From the NCBI RefSeq assembly GCF_009914755.1, contig NC_060930.1: a DNA stretch of 64,000 bases; one strand, 5' to 3'. The translations under genes and the position numbers were made by a program. This document shows, one piece after another, positions 1-13,083 of the stretch (positions are counted from its first letter, which is position 1; every line of letters starts with the position of its first letter). The DNA is from the human T2T-CHM13v2.0 reference genome, Homo sapiens. Below the pieces are notes generated by a model. It made no database searches. It saw only the letters and a program-made list of their open reading frames with translations, and was not told the DNA's origin.

Positions 1-639
1 ATAAAAAGAGATGGACTGGGAAGAATTTAATGACTCTTTGTGGCTTTACATCTGTCACAGTTTTTGTGCTACATTAAAGTTTCATTATTTTCACATTTTG
101 TGCTTTCATATTTTTTCATCTCCTTCTTTCTGCTAAATTTACCAAGTAATGCAATGTAGATAATGGAGAGCTATTTCTGCAAATGTCATTGAATCTGTTA
201 CTGGAAATGAATAAAGTGTTTCACTGATGCATTTCCTTCAAAATACATTTTCAATTAGCAGGAGATGATTTGTGTACAAAATATACTCTATAAAATTAGA
301 TAAAAATACTTTAGTATGAAAAAAATGAAAACCTAAAGTCATGAATATGTGTATCTTTGTCTCTGTTTAATTTCATTGGATCAAATGATTGTGTCAACCT
401 GCATTTACAAACTTTATTTTCTTGTAATATTTGGAATTTACCTAGAAATACACTCTACCTCAGCTCATTGACCTTTCACTTGACATGGCATGCATTTTAA
501 TTATGATTTCTATTAATTTCACCAACAGATTAAAGATATGTTTTGTATGAATATTTGAGGGCATTTGTTGAATGATTTTCATAACCATGTATTTGCATAA
601 TTATCTTGGAGTAAATCTTCATTCTGAGTTAAGAAAGAA

Positions 640-810
640 CAATGATTCTGTTCTGTTTCCATGACTGAATCATCATGTGACCTCTTGCAAGAACTTGCAT
701 TTTTGGTGCCTTAGTTGACTCAAGTAGAAGTGAATGGGTTTTAATAGCTTGCCTTAGGCATGTTTGTCTCATAAATGTGTGGAGGCACGCTGTAACTTAA
801 GATGCTGTTA
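640..810 (+). mobile_element. Degenerate MIR SINE fragment
   Basis: MIR core-like 'catgtgacctcttgcaagaacttgcatttttggtgccttagttgactcaagtagaagtgaatggg'. Confidence 0.45.
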
Positions 811-889
811 CTTCAAACAAGCACTGAGCTTCTAGATTACTGTTGCAGGAAAAGCAGGAAGGAAGGGATCCACATCTTCATTCACCATT

Positions 890-2200
890 TCTTTCTTTTT
901 ATGTTTTTATTTTTGTCTCATTTTTAAAAATTTTGAGCTCAGGGGTACAAGTGCAGGTTTGTTACATAGATAAACTTGTGTCGTGGGGGTTTGTTGTACA
1001 GATTATCGTCCAGATATTAAGCCTCGTACCCATTAATTATTTTTTCTGTCCTCTCTGTCCTCTCACCCTCCACCCTCCAAAAGGTCCCAGTGTTTGTTGT
1101 TCCCTTCTGTGTGTCCATGTGTTCTCATCATTTAGCTTTCACTTACAAGTAAGAACATGTGGCATTTGGTTTTCTGTTTCTGTGTTAGTTTGCTAAGGAT
1201 AATGACCTCCAGCTCCATCCATGTCCCTGCAAAAGGACATGATCTCATCTTTTTTTTTTTTTTTTTTGAGACGGAGTTTCACTTTTGTTGCCCAGGCTAG
1301 AGTGCAGTGGAGTGATCTCAGCTCACAGAACCGCCCCCTCCTGGGTTCAAGTGATTCTCCTGCCTCACCCTCCTGAGTAGCTGGGATTGCAGGCATGCAC
1401 CACCATGTCCAGCTAATTTTGTATTTTTAGTAGAGATGGGGCTTCTTCATGTTGGCCAGGCTGGTCTCGAACTCCCAACCTCAGGTGATCCCCCCTGCCT
1501 CAGCCTCCCAAAGTGCTGGGATTATAGGCATGAGCCACCACACCTGGCTGATCTCATTCTTTTTTATGGCTGTATAATATTCCATGGTATATATGCACTA
1601 CATTTTCTTTACCTAGTCTATCACTGATGGGCATTTAGGTTGATTCCATGTCTTTGCTATTGTGAACAGTGCTGCAATGAACATATGCATGCATGTGTCG
1701 TTTTGGTAGAATGATAATTGATATTCCTGTGGGTATATGCTCAGTAATGGTATTGCTAGGTTGAATGGTAGTTCTGTTTTTAGTTCTTTGGGTAATCACC
1801 ACACTACTTTTCAGTATGGTTGAACTAATTTACACTCCCACCAACAGTGTATAAGCATTCCGTTTTCTCCACAACCTCATCAGCATCTGTTATTTTTTGA
1901 CTTTTTAATAATAGTCATTCTGACTGGTGTGAGATGGTATCTCATTGTGGCTTTGATTTGCGTTTCTCTAATGATCAGTGATGTTCAGTTTTTTTCATAT
2001 GACTGTTGGCTGCTTATATGTCTTCTTTTGAAAAATGTCTGTTCATGTCCTTTGCCCACTTTTTAATGGGGTTGTTTTTTCTTGTAAATTTGTTTATGTT
2101 GCTTGTGGATACTGTATATTAGACCTTTGTCAGATGCATAGTTTGCAAACATTTTCTCCCATTCTGTAGGTTGTCTGTTTATCCTGTTGATAGTTTCCAT
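890..2200 (-). mobile_element. L1PA13-16-like LINE-1 3' fragment (3'UTR + end of ORF2), interrupted by an Alu
   Basis: Reverse-strand L1 3'UTR 'ggggtacaagtgcaggtttgttacatagataaacttgtg...cattgtggctttgatttgcgtttctctaatgatcagtgatg'; reads continuously across the Alu. Confidence 0.9.
1250..1549 (-). mobile_element. AluS (AluSp/Sq-like), full length
   Basis: Poly-T 1250-1267, both Alu arms, 'gagtttcacttttgttgcccagg', 'cgaactcccaacctcaggtgatcc'; TSD gatctcat(t)cttttt at 1241 and 1550. Confidence 0.95.
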
Positions 2201-3134
2201 TTATTTCTTTTACTCCATATCTTGCCATGTACACAAACCTGCCTAGCTTTGGGAATCATGTAGGACTTTGTATCTTCAGGTGAGAATAATCTGTTTTATA
2301 CATTTTCATTAGCCCTCTGGTCTGGCATAAGAAATATTAATTAAATGATCGCTAAATGCATTTTTGAATACTACATCTTAAATTCAACTCTGTTTACTTG
2401 TCTACATTCAAAGAAATCTAAAATAGCACCAATCACACAAAGTGCCTGTTGTTTCTAGAAAAAAATGAAAGAATTCCTCAAATTCCATTGCCATTTGTAT
2501 TACTGATCTAGTTCAGAATCTATTTTTTACTTATCCATGTGTTACAGGTTAAAAGATGGAGATCCAGTCTTATGGAGCTAAATGATGGAAAAAAACATGA
2601 TATTCGAGTTGAGAATTAAGCTTGTCCTCATCAAGCAATATTGTTGAATAACATCACTTTTTAGCCTATTTCACTCTTTTAGGGTGGCTTTTCATTTAGA
2701 TATCATTCTCTCATTTTTTGGATTTCAATAATGTTTTTTAATAAGTGATATTAATTGTTAGCATCCAGTCTGCCTCTTTTAAGAAAAACTAAGGTGTCTT
2801 TGCTGTATCTTTGATTATAGGTGAGCAAGTTTAAAAAAATTAAGAATAGGAATCCTTTTATTGACATCTATTTGGAGTTTCATATTGCATCATATGAGAA
2901 AGACTATTATGTGATATCAAGGCAATTTGCTATATTCATAAACTGTAGCTTATTTTTTATTGCTTTCAATAAACATTTATAACTTTTTTGATGCCACTTA
3001 AGTTTTGTGCAAGAAGATAAAACATGGCTAGAGCTACCAGGGTTACGGTGTGCCCTGTGGCTTACCACCTTCATATGTGATGGTCACAGTCATGTGTACC
3101 TGTGCTTGAACTTTCTAGACAGCTGTTGTAAAAT

Positions 3135-3350
3135 TGAAAGAGCTATGTGTTTGGAGTTGGAAAACTGGGTTGAAATCTAGGCTCTGTTTCATGTTAGCTT
3201 TATGGTTTTGGTTAATTCCATTTTCTTTCTGCAGCCTCAGTACTCTGTTATGTCAAAAGCAGGCATATTTGTGTTAGGCTTGTGAGATAATTCATGAAAA
3301 GCACTTGTAAATTCTGGAGAGGTTCCCAAATTTAAGACATTAGGATTATT
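3135..3350 (+). mobile_element. MIR SINE
   Basis: 'tttggagttggaaaactgggttgaaatctaggctctg...gcctcagt...gtgagataattcatgaaaagcacttgtaaa'. Confidence 0.7.
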
Positions 3351-6300
3351 ATGAAATGTGTAGGCAGTTATTGGTATTGAGGAAATGGAAAGTACTTTCA
3401 ATGAAAATGCCATGCCAGCAGAGAGCTTGCCAGAATATCTCACCCAGGGCTTCTTTGAAAGCGGGCCTCCGGCTGGACTTGGGTACTTGATTGACAGTAT
3501 CATGCTTGGAGCACTACATAGCCCTGCTTCAGTGCTCTGCATTTTCACACAGCTTGCTCATTGTTAATTAAACTGAGCCAGGAGTGTCAGCATTTATTAA
3601 GCTGGACTCTGACAAGCATGGAACTGTGAAAGCTAAAAAGAATTTAAAATTTGTGAAAGGTTATTTACAATACATAGGCTTTGAGGTTTACATAACTTAC
3701 CTTCTTGTATATTATAATTTAAAATAGGCCTCTTACCCAAACAAAGAAAATGCAAAAGAAATGTCCAGCTTTGCTAATGCTGATGGGCACATGGGTCTTT
3801 CAGTGCCATTGAAGCATTTAGATTTTTATCCACAAGAGGCCTGCAGTCTTCACTCAGCTGGAACAAGTGGGAAAGGATTTCATTGATAACAACGTTACAG
3901 CCAGAACGTCTAGAGCCATTTTCATCTGCATGATGTGTTTACTTTCTTCACCTTTAAAGTGGAAAAAAAAGGAAAAAGCTTTGTTCCTTCTTTTTATTTT
4001 TTCCTAATTGAGTAGCACAACTCACATCTTGAAAATCTATTGACAGACTCCCATTTCTTTGACATATTTAACCAGAGGGGGCTCTCGATGATGAGAGATC
4101 ATTTACAGATACTTTGAAAGGTGGGAGTTAATGGAAGTGAGAATAAAAGGAGAAATTAGTTTTATTCCTTACTATGACTTCCAGTTAAAAGATTTTTAGC
4201 CTCATCTGAAGGAAATGTGCTTCATTCACCTGCCTGGTGATTACTGATGAATATTGACCTATGTCTTTACCACACCAGCATTAATGTGTCTTGTTTTTTC
4301 TTTATGAACATTTCCTTATTTGAATCATTAAAGGCAGATTTAAGAGGGGTTTTCCCTACTCATTCTTAAAGCAGAACACAATTTTAAGGTGTCTGTATAG
4401 AAATAAATTATACTTTGATGCTTCTTTAATAGCCAAAGGTAAAAAATTGACAATTTCCTTAGAATTAGAAAGGGATGTACTCACACTTACCAGTATTTGT
4501 AAAAAACAAATATTTCTTAAACAAATTGACTAGTCAGTGACACACAAGCATATGCCATTGTGTCTGAAGTTTACTTTAGGGGCTCCTGTGTGACATGAAA
4601 GTGTTACTATCAGCTTCACATTTCTGCCTGCTAGCAGCTCCAATTTGTGCAAATTTAAAGGTTTAAATTTGTTGTATATATAAAGGATATTTTAAAAAAT
4701 ATCCTGCAGCTTATTATAATTCAAAATTATAATGAGTGAATTATGCACACTGAATTACATTAAAAATAATCTCACTTAAACCATAGAAACAAATGATATA
4801 TAATTGTTTTACACAGTTTTGCTTAATTTTGTCATAAATCAGTTGGAGACCATTCTCTTACATTTTGTTTCTTGCCTCATATAGGTCAGACATAACATTG
4901 GTGCTTTTCAATGCTTCTAATTTTCAAAGTGGTTAAAATTTATTTTCCATTTTAGCAATTTTTAGGTACTCAGCCTATTTGTAACAACCAAAGGGAGAAA
5001 TAAAATGTGTCTTATGAAGAGACATGCATTACTGGGCAAAATATACGGCGATTAGAAAAGTCTCTCTGAATCACAAGTCAGGGATGGCATTTAGTATCCA
5101 AATCCACCTCCAGACAAAATTAGCAAAGGCTGCAGTGAAGTTAAAGCCTGCTGGTTGCAAAATTGGAAATTGGTTTCCTGGGGCTTTCTGTAAACTCTTC
5201 ATTATTTTACTAAATCATGGTTCATTAGTAAGTTAACAGACAGAAGACCAGTGCACATTGGGATATATGTGGAGCCAATCCTTCCCTCTCCCTGAACATC
5301 ACTTAAAACTTGAATGACACAGCAGCTTAGACATTGCATCAAACTGCAGTTTCATACAATGCTGTACATGGTCAGTGGCAGATCATATTCACTTAACCTC
5401 CAAATACTGTCAGGTATCTTTGTTTTATCATGAATTTCATAGAGCAGCAAAGGTTTTAATTCGGGGCGACTGATGGAACAAATAAAAAATCTCAAAAGGC
5501 ATCTGAGAAAGAAACTTGAAGAAACTCAGTTAAGAGACTCAACTAAAGTAGATTTAATGGTTCTCATTAACTTGGATCTAATTCACTGGAGGGGAAAAAT
5601 CCATAGGGACATTAGGGCGTTTAAATGTGCTTCTGAAAATGGTTGGACAAACTGTAGCCTTGGCACATGAAATAGCGTTGCTCAACCTAAGCAAATGGCT
5701 TTGACTGTCAGATCAAAACAATTCATTTTATGCAGTTCATATCACAGGCAAGTATTTCTGTAGTCTTATGACTTGTGAAAAACACTAACTAGAAAATGTA
5801 TGTAACTCCCAATGACTCACTAGAAGTTATGGTATATTTCTACTTTGGCCTGACGGGCATTTCTATTACTCAGCGGATCTGTTATTAGTTGTTGTCTAGA
5901 CGGTCCATTACTCAAGTCTTACGTGTGTTTCATATTCTGAGAGTGTTTCATATTCAGTGAGTAGGCCTGTCAGATGAAATAAAATTGGATGGATGTTTAG
6001 TATGAAAAGGATTGAGTTTGATAGAAAGAAAAAAACATGTAACTATGGATTGTACATTATTTATAAAAGGTCAGTGTAGTAGCAGCTAGTCTCCAACAAT
6101 AAGTATCAAAACAAAAATGGTATTTTATGTAATACTTATTTTACATAGGAGAAAAAAACAATGACAATGATTTATCTTGGCTTTCTTGAGATAAAATATT
6201 TTTCATTTTTTTCCCTCATTTTTGTTTCAGTAGAATGTTCCTTGCATTTATTTAACAATTTCTAGGTCAGCCTTCCCTACATCATTTTCTCATTTGTTTT

Positions 6301-8469
6301 CACATAAAGTTTTAGAGAATTTTATGAAACACAGCCTGCATGCTGGCAGGTGAAGACACAGCTGTCTGATCATTGCACTTTAGTGTCACCTGATAGATCC
6401 AAATTTATTGATTGGAATGAGATGTTCACCACAATTTTTAAAACCCCTAGTAAAATTGTATTCAATAACAGACAATTGAACTATATGTTTATGTATGTTC
6501 AGGCTACAGAATTCCATTGTCATTAATTTTTTCTTGACATTTTAATAAATGGATGAACAGGTCTTTTGTAGAAACTTATTCTATAGAGAAACCTCGTTGT
6601 AAGGTAAAAATTGCTCCATCCTTTCTGCCTCCAGAAAATTAAGCTCTTTCTGTTTTAAATTACGAAGAGGAGATCTGGTCCAGAAGGAACCCATGTTTCA
6701 AAGATATCTGGGAGTCTGAGATGGTCAATGGGCCAACCTGGGCTTCTTCTAGTTTACACCTAGAGAGGCTTATGAGTACTATACTGGGCTCAAATTAAGC
6801 TAAATTTTAGGTTAATGATTGAGAGTCAGGAGGGAGAGAGGTTTGAACTGGCCTTGAGACTTGCACCATTAGATGTGTTTGATTTATTTTGTTAGGCCTT
6901 AACAAGAAAGATGCCATATCATGCATTAAATTTCTGTCCTTTTTTATTTTGGCATCCTTATCAGTGCATAATTTGTTCTTACCTGTCCTCTATTTTCCTT
7001 CATACACTCCCTGAGAAAATTCAATGGCACTGTAAGTATAACTTGAGAATATTCCCAAATAGTAAGGTAAAAAAAGCTAATATAAAATATTCCTTGCATA
7101 AATCAGGCTGACTTTTTTACATTTATGCTTTTGGCACTATTGTTTAGATTACAAACTTTAAGCAAACAAGGATAATGCAAAGTTTAACTTTTATCCAATG
7201 CCATGTGATTAAACCTTAGTACATGTTGACTATTTTTACCCATTAACATAATCTTGTTTACCCAAATGCAAAATATTCTTTCTTATTTCTTTAATTTACA
7301 CTATGTGCACTTTAAAGTGGAGTCAATAGGAAACCTTTTTTGTGCACTTACTTTTGGAGATTTTTACTTTTATCAGTATTTGCCCTCTCCTTTACCAGTC
7401 TTATTGGCAAAGACATTACTCTGCTATTTTCAGCAGGATTATTTTTCAGGTTGCCTTTTGGTTGCTAACTACCTTGTTTATAAACATCTCAAGAAATATT
7501 CTTCTCTTGTACGGAAGTACATAGTCTGTACTTCACAACTAAATGCCTAAGGGAGCTGAGTGTGGATGTTATCGATCTCAAATCTCTTGACACAACGAAT
7601 TTATCAGCATGCACATGTTCAGTTTGTGGGGCTGTGCCACACTTCGATGGATTCTGACCTAATTATTTCTTCAGTAACACCTAATCTGCAGAGAAATATT
7701 TTTGTCTTGTTCTCTGAGAACAGCTACCTAATGAAACAGTTAATCACCTTCCAAATCAAAGGTAAAAATTTCAATTAACAGGCCTGCAGAAATGGAAATT
7801 ATAGGTGATACATCTGAGTAGGAAAGTGAGTGAAGTATAGAACTGGTCAAACCCATTGAATAGGCAATGGATAATAATAATCTGTTTAAAAGAGAAGACT
7901 CAAGGTGATATTTAAAGAAAAGACTGAGTAGAATGCAGAATACCATGGGAAATTCTTTATATACAACATTTCTAGGGTGGGAGAGTGCTGAATACAGTGA
8001 GAAATTATTCATATTTCTACGGTGAGATGCAGAATGATATGAGAAATTCTACATAGGTAGCATCCTTCTTTGTTTTAAGAGGTCCTACATCTCAAGATGC
8101 ACAGGGTCATAAACTGAGTTTTCTCATGATTTCTGAATATTCTGGCTCCCATATGTGTGTTTTTTCATCATTAGTAGATAGACATCGGTTTGTTGTTGTT
8201 TCAGCTTTTTAATGACAGGAAATCACTCTCCACAGAAGGTTAAAGGTAGCCCACTGTGTCTGTAGAGTTCTCTTGGAATCACTTAGGAGAACTGGAAACT
8301 AAGAGGCAGAAACAGAATAGAGGGAGAGAAAGGTCTGGTGAGATAAGCATCTTGAAAAAGTAATAGATAGGAAGAGAGAGTGGGCCAGGTAAAAGGTTGG
8401 TTTCAGACAGCAGAGAACTAAGAATCTTGGACTATGGACTTAGACTAGGGTGAGACAATGTAGGACTGT

Positions 8470-8660
8470 AGGAAGTGTACTAGGCTAGGACTTAGAAGGA
8501 GTGCATTCTGGGCTTGATGCTGCCACTAATGATTTGTGTGATGACTTTGGGCATAATATTTAATTTTACTGGCTCTCAGTTTGATTGTCTGTAAAAATAA
8601 ATGGAAACACCAAATAATTTCTAAGTTTCATCACAGTTTCAAAATCTATGATTCTATAGT
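8470..8660 (+). mobile_element. MIR3/MIRc SINE
   Basis: 'tgccactaatgatttgtgtgatgactttgggc...ctctcagtttgattgtctgtaaaa...aaaatctatgattctat'. Confidence 0.7.
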
Positions 8661-9001
8661 ATGTCTCATTTTGAGCTCTTAAAAGGAATGAGGCTGCTTA
8701 AAGAACATTAGAATTAAGTGGAGAATGAATACACTAGATCAATCCTTTTGACGCTGATGGTTAGTTAGCAATTTAACAACTGTAGTCAGCAAATGAATTC
8801 ATGAAAGAGATAAAGAGAGCACTCACCAAATACTCTATTAAGAAACACTTTCTATTTTATGTGCTGGCAGTAACAACAGATTAGAAAAGTTACTTAAGTA
8901 ACTTGTGCATTTAAAAAAATTATTTAACAAAGGAATGCACTCATTTTAGATTTCATGTGACTATTTTTATTAAAAAATCATACTTGCACTTGGGTTGAAA
9001 G

Positions 9002-9160
9002 ACATTTTCCTGTCTTCTTCTGAGCCCGCCAAACTGTTTCAACCTCTGCCTGTTACCCAGTTCCAAAGTTGCTTCCACATTTTCGGGTATCTTTTTAGCA
9101 ATGGCTCACTCTCTTGTTACCAATTTTCTGTATTAGTCCATTTTCATACTGCTGATAAAG
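9002..9160 (-). mobile_element. THE1/MST (ERVL-MaLR) fragment: last ~32 bp of LTR (9129-9160) plus first ~127 bp of internal region
   Basis: 'ctgtcttcttctgagcccgccaaactgtttcaacctctgcctgttacccagttccaaagttgcttccacattttcgggtatc...tgtattagtccattttcatactgctgataaag' matches the reverse complement of the THE1 LTR/int junction. Confidence 0.85.
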
Positions 9161-9862
9161 CGCTTAACAAAATAAACAAAAATGCTTAGAACAAAAGCAC
9201 TAGAAACTTCATTTTACTTTTTTGCAAAGGAAATTATATTCATGTTGAAATCCTATCAAAAGTATAAATATGGTGCATGTTCTCACCCCTCTGAAAGCAA
9301 GTGTTGGAATGCAGACTCTATCGAAAACCAAATCTCCTAGATAGTTTAACAAAATATAAATAGGGAGAAAAATAGGTATTATTCAGAGGAAAATTGAAAT
9401 TCAACTTGTACTATACTGCATCGAGGTGGCAGCTGCGGAACAGCTTAATCCTCACGACAAGCCCAGAACTCTACAATAACGGCTGGCACTGTCTGATGAA
9501 ATTTCCAAGGACCCAGATGCCACAGCTGGGAACATTATCCTTGTGTTTCAGATCAAATTGATACAGCAAATGGCATTTCATTCTTAACTCTTTGGTATCT
9601 ACAATGAACTTTCCTCAAAGAATTGAAATATTCTACTATAAAGGATAAGTTGCCAAGGGTAATGGGGAGGGATGAATGAAAAGAATAATACTTTTATTAG
9701 AAAAAGAAAGTGAAGAAGAAATTGTAACTATGGCTCAAAGAAGGAAAAATAGAAAATAAGAGTGATTTTTTAAAATGATAAACTACAGAGGGATAGAGGA
9801 GTTGTAACAACATCAGGTTGATGGATGCCCTAAAAATTACAGGATGCCCTAAAAATTCCTCT

Positions 9863-12505
9863 AAAGGTTTATGTTTCTATGAATTTATTCATTTCCTCTA
9901 GGTTTTCCAGTTTGTTAGTTTATAGCTGTTCATAAATGTCTCTGATGATCTTTTTTATTTCTGTGGTTATCAGTTGTAAGTCTCCTTTTTCATTTCTAAT
10001 TTTGTTTATTTGGATTTTCTCATTTTTTAGTCTAGCTAGCAATTTATGTATTTTGTTTATCATTTCAAAAAACCACATTTTTGTTTTGTTGATTCTTTGT
10101 ATTTTTTTCCATCTCTACTTTGTTTAGTTCTGCTTTTATCTTTATTATTTATTTATTTGTATGAATTTTGGGTTTGTTTTGTTTTTGCTTTTATAGTTCA
10201 TTGAAGTACATTGCTAGATTGTTTCTTTGAAATCTACTGTTTCGATGTTGGCATTTATTGTATTGTTCCAGACTTCCCTGTTAGCACTGCTTTTGTTGTA
10301 TCTTATAAGCTTTTGTAATGTTGTGTTTTTATTTTCATTTATTTTTAATAAATTTTTAAATTTCCTCCCTAATCCAGTGGTTAGGAGCATGTTTTCATGT
10401 ATTTGTAGTTTCTGAAGTTCCTCTTTTTTATTGACTTATAGTTTGATTCCATTGTGGTTTGAGATACTTGAGGTACTTGATAAGATTTCAGTTTTTGAAA
10501 ATTTGTTGAGACTTATTATGTGACATAACATATGTTTCATGTGGCAATGATAAGAGTGTGTATTCTGTCATTGTTGGGTAAAATGTTCTCTAAATGTTTT
10601 TTAGGTCCATTTGGCCTAATGTGCAGTTTAGATTCAACGTTTCTTTGTCAGTCTTTCATCTAGATGATCTATCTAATGCTGAGAGTGGGTCATTAAAATC
10701 CCCTACAAGATTGAATCAGGAAAAAAAAAGAAAACCTGAACAGAACAATAATAATTAATGAGATTGAATTAGTAGCAAAAAGTCTCCAAACGAAGAAAAG
10801 TCCAGGACTGGATGGCTTCATTGCTTAATTTTACCAAACTTTCAAAGAATGTGTTGGAGTCTGTCTTTCCCTTTAGGTCTAATAATATTTATTTTACATA
10901 TCTAGGTGCTCTGGTGGTGTTTGCATATATGTTTAGAATTATCATATCCTCTTGCTGAATTAACCCCTTTATCATTACATATTAATAATTACCTTCTTTG
11001 TTTATTTTTACAATTTATGACCTAAAGACTGTTTTATCTAATATATTCATAGCTACTTTTGGTCTTTTTTTGTTTTCATTTGCATGGAATATCTTTTTAC
11101 ATCCCTTGATCTCAGTCTCTGTGTCTTTATGAGTAAGGTGTACTTGTTGTAGGGAGCATAGTTAGATTATATTTTTTAAATCCATTCAGCCAATCTATAT
11201 CGTTTAAATAAAAAGTTTAATTCACTCATATTCAAGATTATTATTGATATGTGAGGGCTTATTTCTATCATTTTAGTAATTTAATTTCTGGTTGTTTTGT
11301 ATATTCTTTCTTCCTTTTTTTCTCTCTCATGTTTGTCACTGTTTTTTGGTGGTTTTCTATAGTAGTAACATTCGAATCCTTCTCTTCCTTATTTGTGTGT
11401 TGTCTCTACCAATGATTTTTATACTTTCATGTGTTTTCATGATGGTAGATATCATCCTTTTGCTTTTGTATGTAGGGCTCCCTTAAACATTTGTTGGACT
11501 GTTCTAATGGTGATGAATTCCTTCAGCTTCAGTTTGTCCAGGAAACATGTTATGTCACCTTCACTTATGAAGGATAATTTTGCTGGATATTGTATCCTTG
11601 GCTGGCATTTATTTTTCCTTCTTCAGGCTTATGAAGTGTCTGCTGGGAACTCCACTGTTAGTTTGATAGGGGTTCCCTTGTAAGTGACTAGACACTTTCT
11701 CTTGCTGTTTTTAGAACTCTCTGTCTTTTGAGAGTTTTACTATAATATACTATGGATAAGACCTTTTTGAATTGTATCCATTTGAAGTTCTCTGAGTTTC
11801 TTGTATCTGCTATTATTTTGTGAAATAGGTTTTTTACCCTTTTTGTTTTATCTTTAACTTCTGGGACACCAAAACATTGAATATTTGGTAATTTATGATG
11901 TCCTATATGTCATATAGACTGCTTATTTGGAAATTTTTTTTCTTTTATTTTTGTATGACTGGATTATTTCAAAAGAAGTGTTTTCAAGTTGTAAAATTCT
12001 TTCTTTTGCTTAATCTACTGTTTTGCTGAAGCTTTCAACAAAAGCTATTTCAACTCCTTTTTTATTGGAAGCTGTTGCTATAGAATTGTTATGCTTCTTT
12101 GGAGGTGTCATATTTCCTTGCTTGTTCATGCTGCTTATGCCCTTGCATTGATAATTTTGCATTTGGTGTAACAGTGTCTTCTTCAAGTTTTTAAAATTAG
12201 CTTTCACAGGGGAGGACTTTTTCCTGAGGATGTGTCGATGGTGTTAGTTGGACAGGGTACTTTGGCTTTGATTCTGGATACATGCAGTTATGTAGTCTCC
12301 ATATGATTTCTTTAGCTATAAACAGCATCAGTGGTGTCTGTGGTTTCCTGAGTGGCTGAGGGTCCTGTTGTCAGTGGAGGCTGTGGTGAAGTTTTTCTGG
12401 AGATGGTGATGTCAGGTGGACCTGTTCTTGTGCTCAAGTGGTGGCTGTGGTGGGTGGCATGTGCCTGTCTTTGAACTTCAGGGAGGCATATGCTGGCACT
12501 GGTGT
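9863..12505 (-). mobile_element. Old L1M/L1MA-type LINE-1 fragment (5' region, ORF1 remnant, endonuclease part of ORF2)
   Basis: 'gaatttattcatttcctctaggttttccag', 'cttcacttatgaaggataattttgctggatat', 'ctttggaggtgtcatatttccttg'. Confidence 0.85.
10701..10849 (+). mobile_element. Inverted 150-bp L1 ORF2 piece embedded in the minus-strand L1
   Basis: Sense-strand ORF2 'caagattgaatcaggaa...aaaacctgaacaga...agaaaagtccaggactggatggcttcattgct'. Confidence 0.85.
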
Positions 12506-12590
12506 TCACTGAAGTGTAATTTACACATAGTAAACTCTACCTTTTTTTAGTTAGTATATAATCTTCTGGGTCTTCACAAACATAATCAGC
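12505..12590 (-). mobile_element. L1MB/MC 3'-end fragment
   Basis: 'actgaagtgtaatttacacatagtaaactctacc' resembles the reverse L1MB/MC terminus. Confidence 0.5.
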
Positions 12591-13083
12591 TTCTCAGATT
12601 GGCTTATTTCTATCCCCTGATCCTCTTATTGCCCCTCCTGCTGCTGTTCTTCCATTACTCTTCTGAACCCCACCCAACATTCCTGTGAATATCTGAAATA
12701 CATGGATAGGTGCTCTTATAAGTTTCATAGTATTATACCTAATATGAAAAGAAATTGCTCTCTGGCAGATATAGAAAGATGCCAACTCCTTTCTTAAAAT
12801 TTGATTACTAGGCTTGAATTTGTGGGAGAGTCTTTTGGATTTGCTGCAAACTACAGCATTTCTTTTTAATGTTTATGCTGTGATCTCTGGAGCTGTTGTA
12901 TTTTATGTAATTTAGTAACCTGCACACTGCAATGCAGACATGGAAGCCATAGAGCCATGTGATCCTTATATACTGTGAATCCTACAGCTCATCTGTTATG
13001 GGGAGAAGGAGGATCTTTTTCTGTTTTCTTGTGATAGTGTTATTTTTCTACTTTCTCCTGTGACCTTTTTTTTCTCTTTACAG

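Noticed and set aside
843-1627. Short ORFs 843-1196, 1193-1396, 1436-1627 (also 17359-17675, 53895-54243)
   Set aside because: Alu- and L1-derived spurious translations
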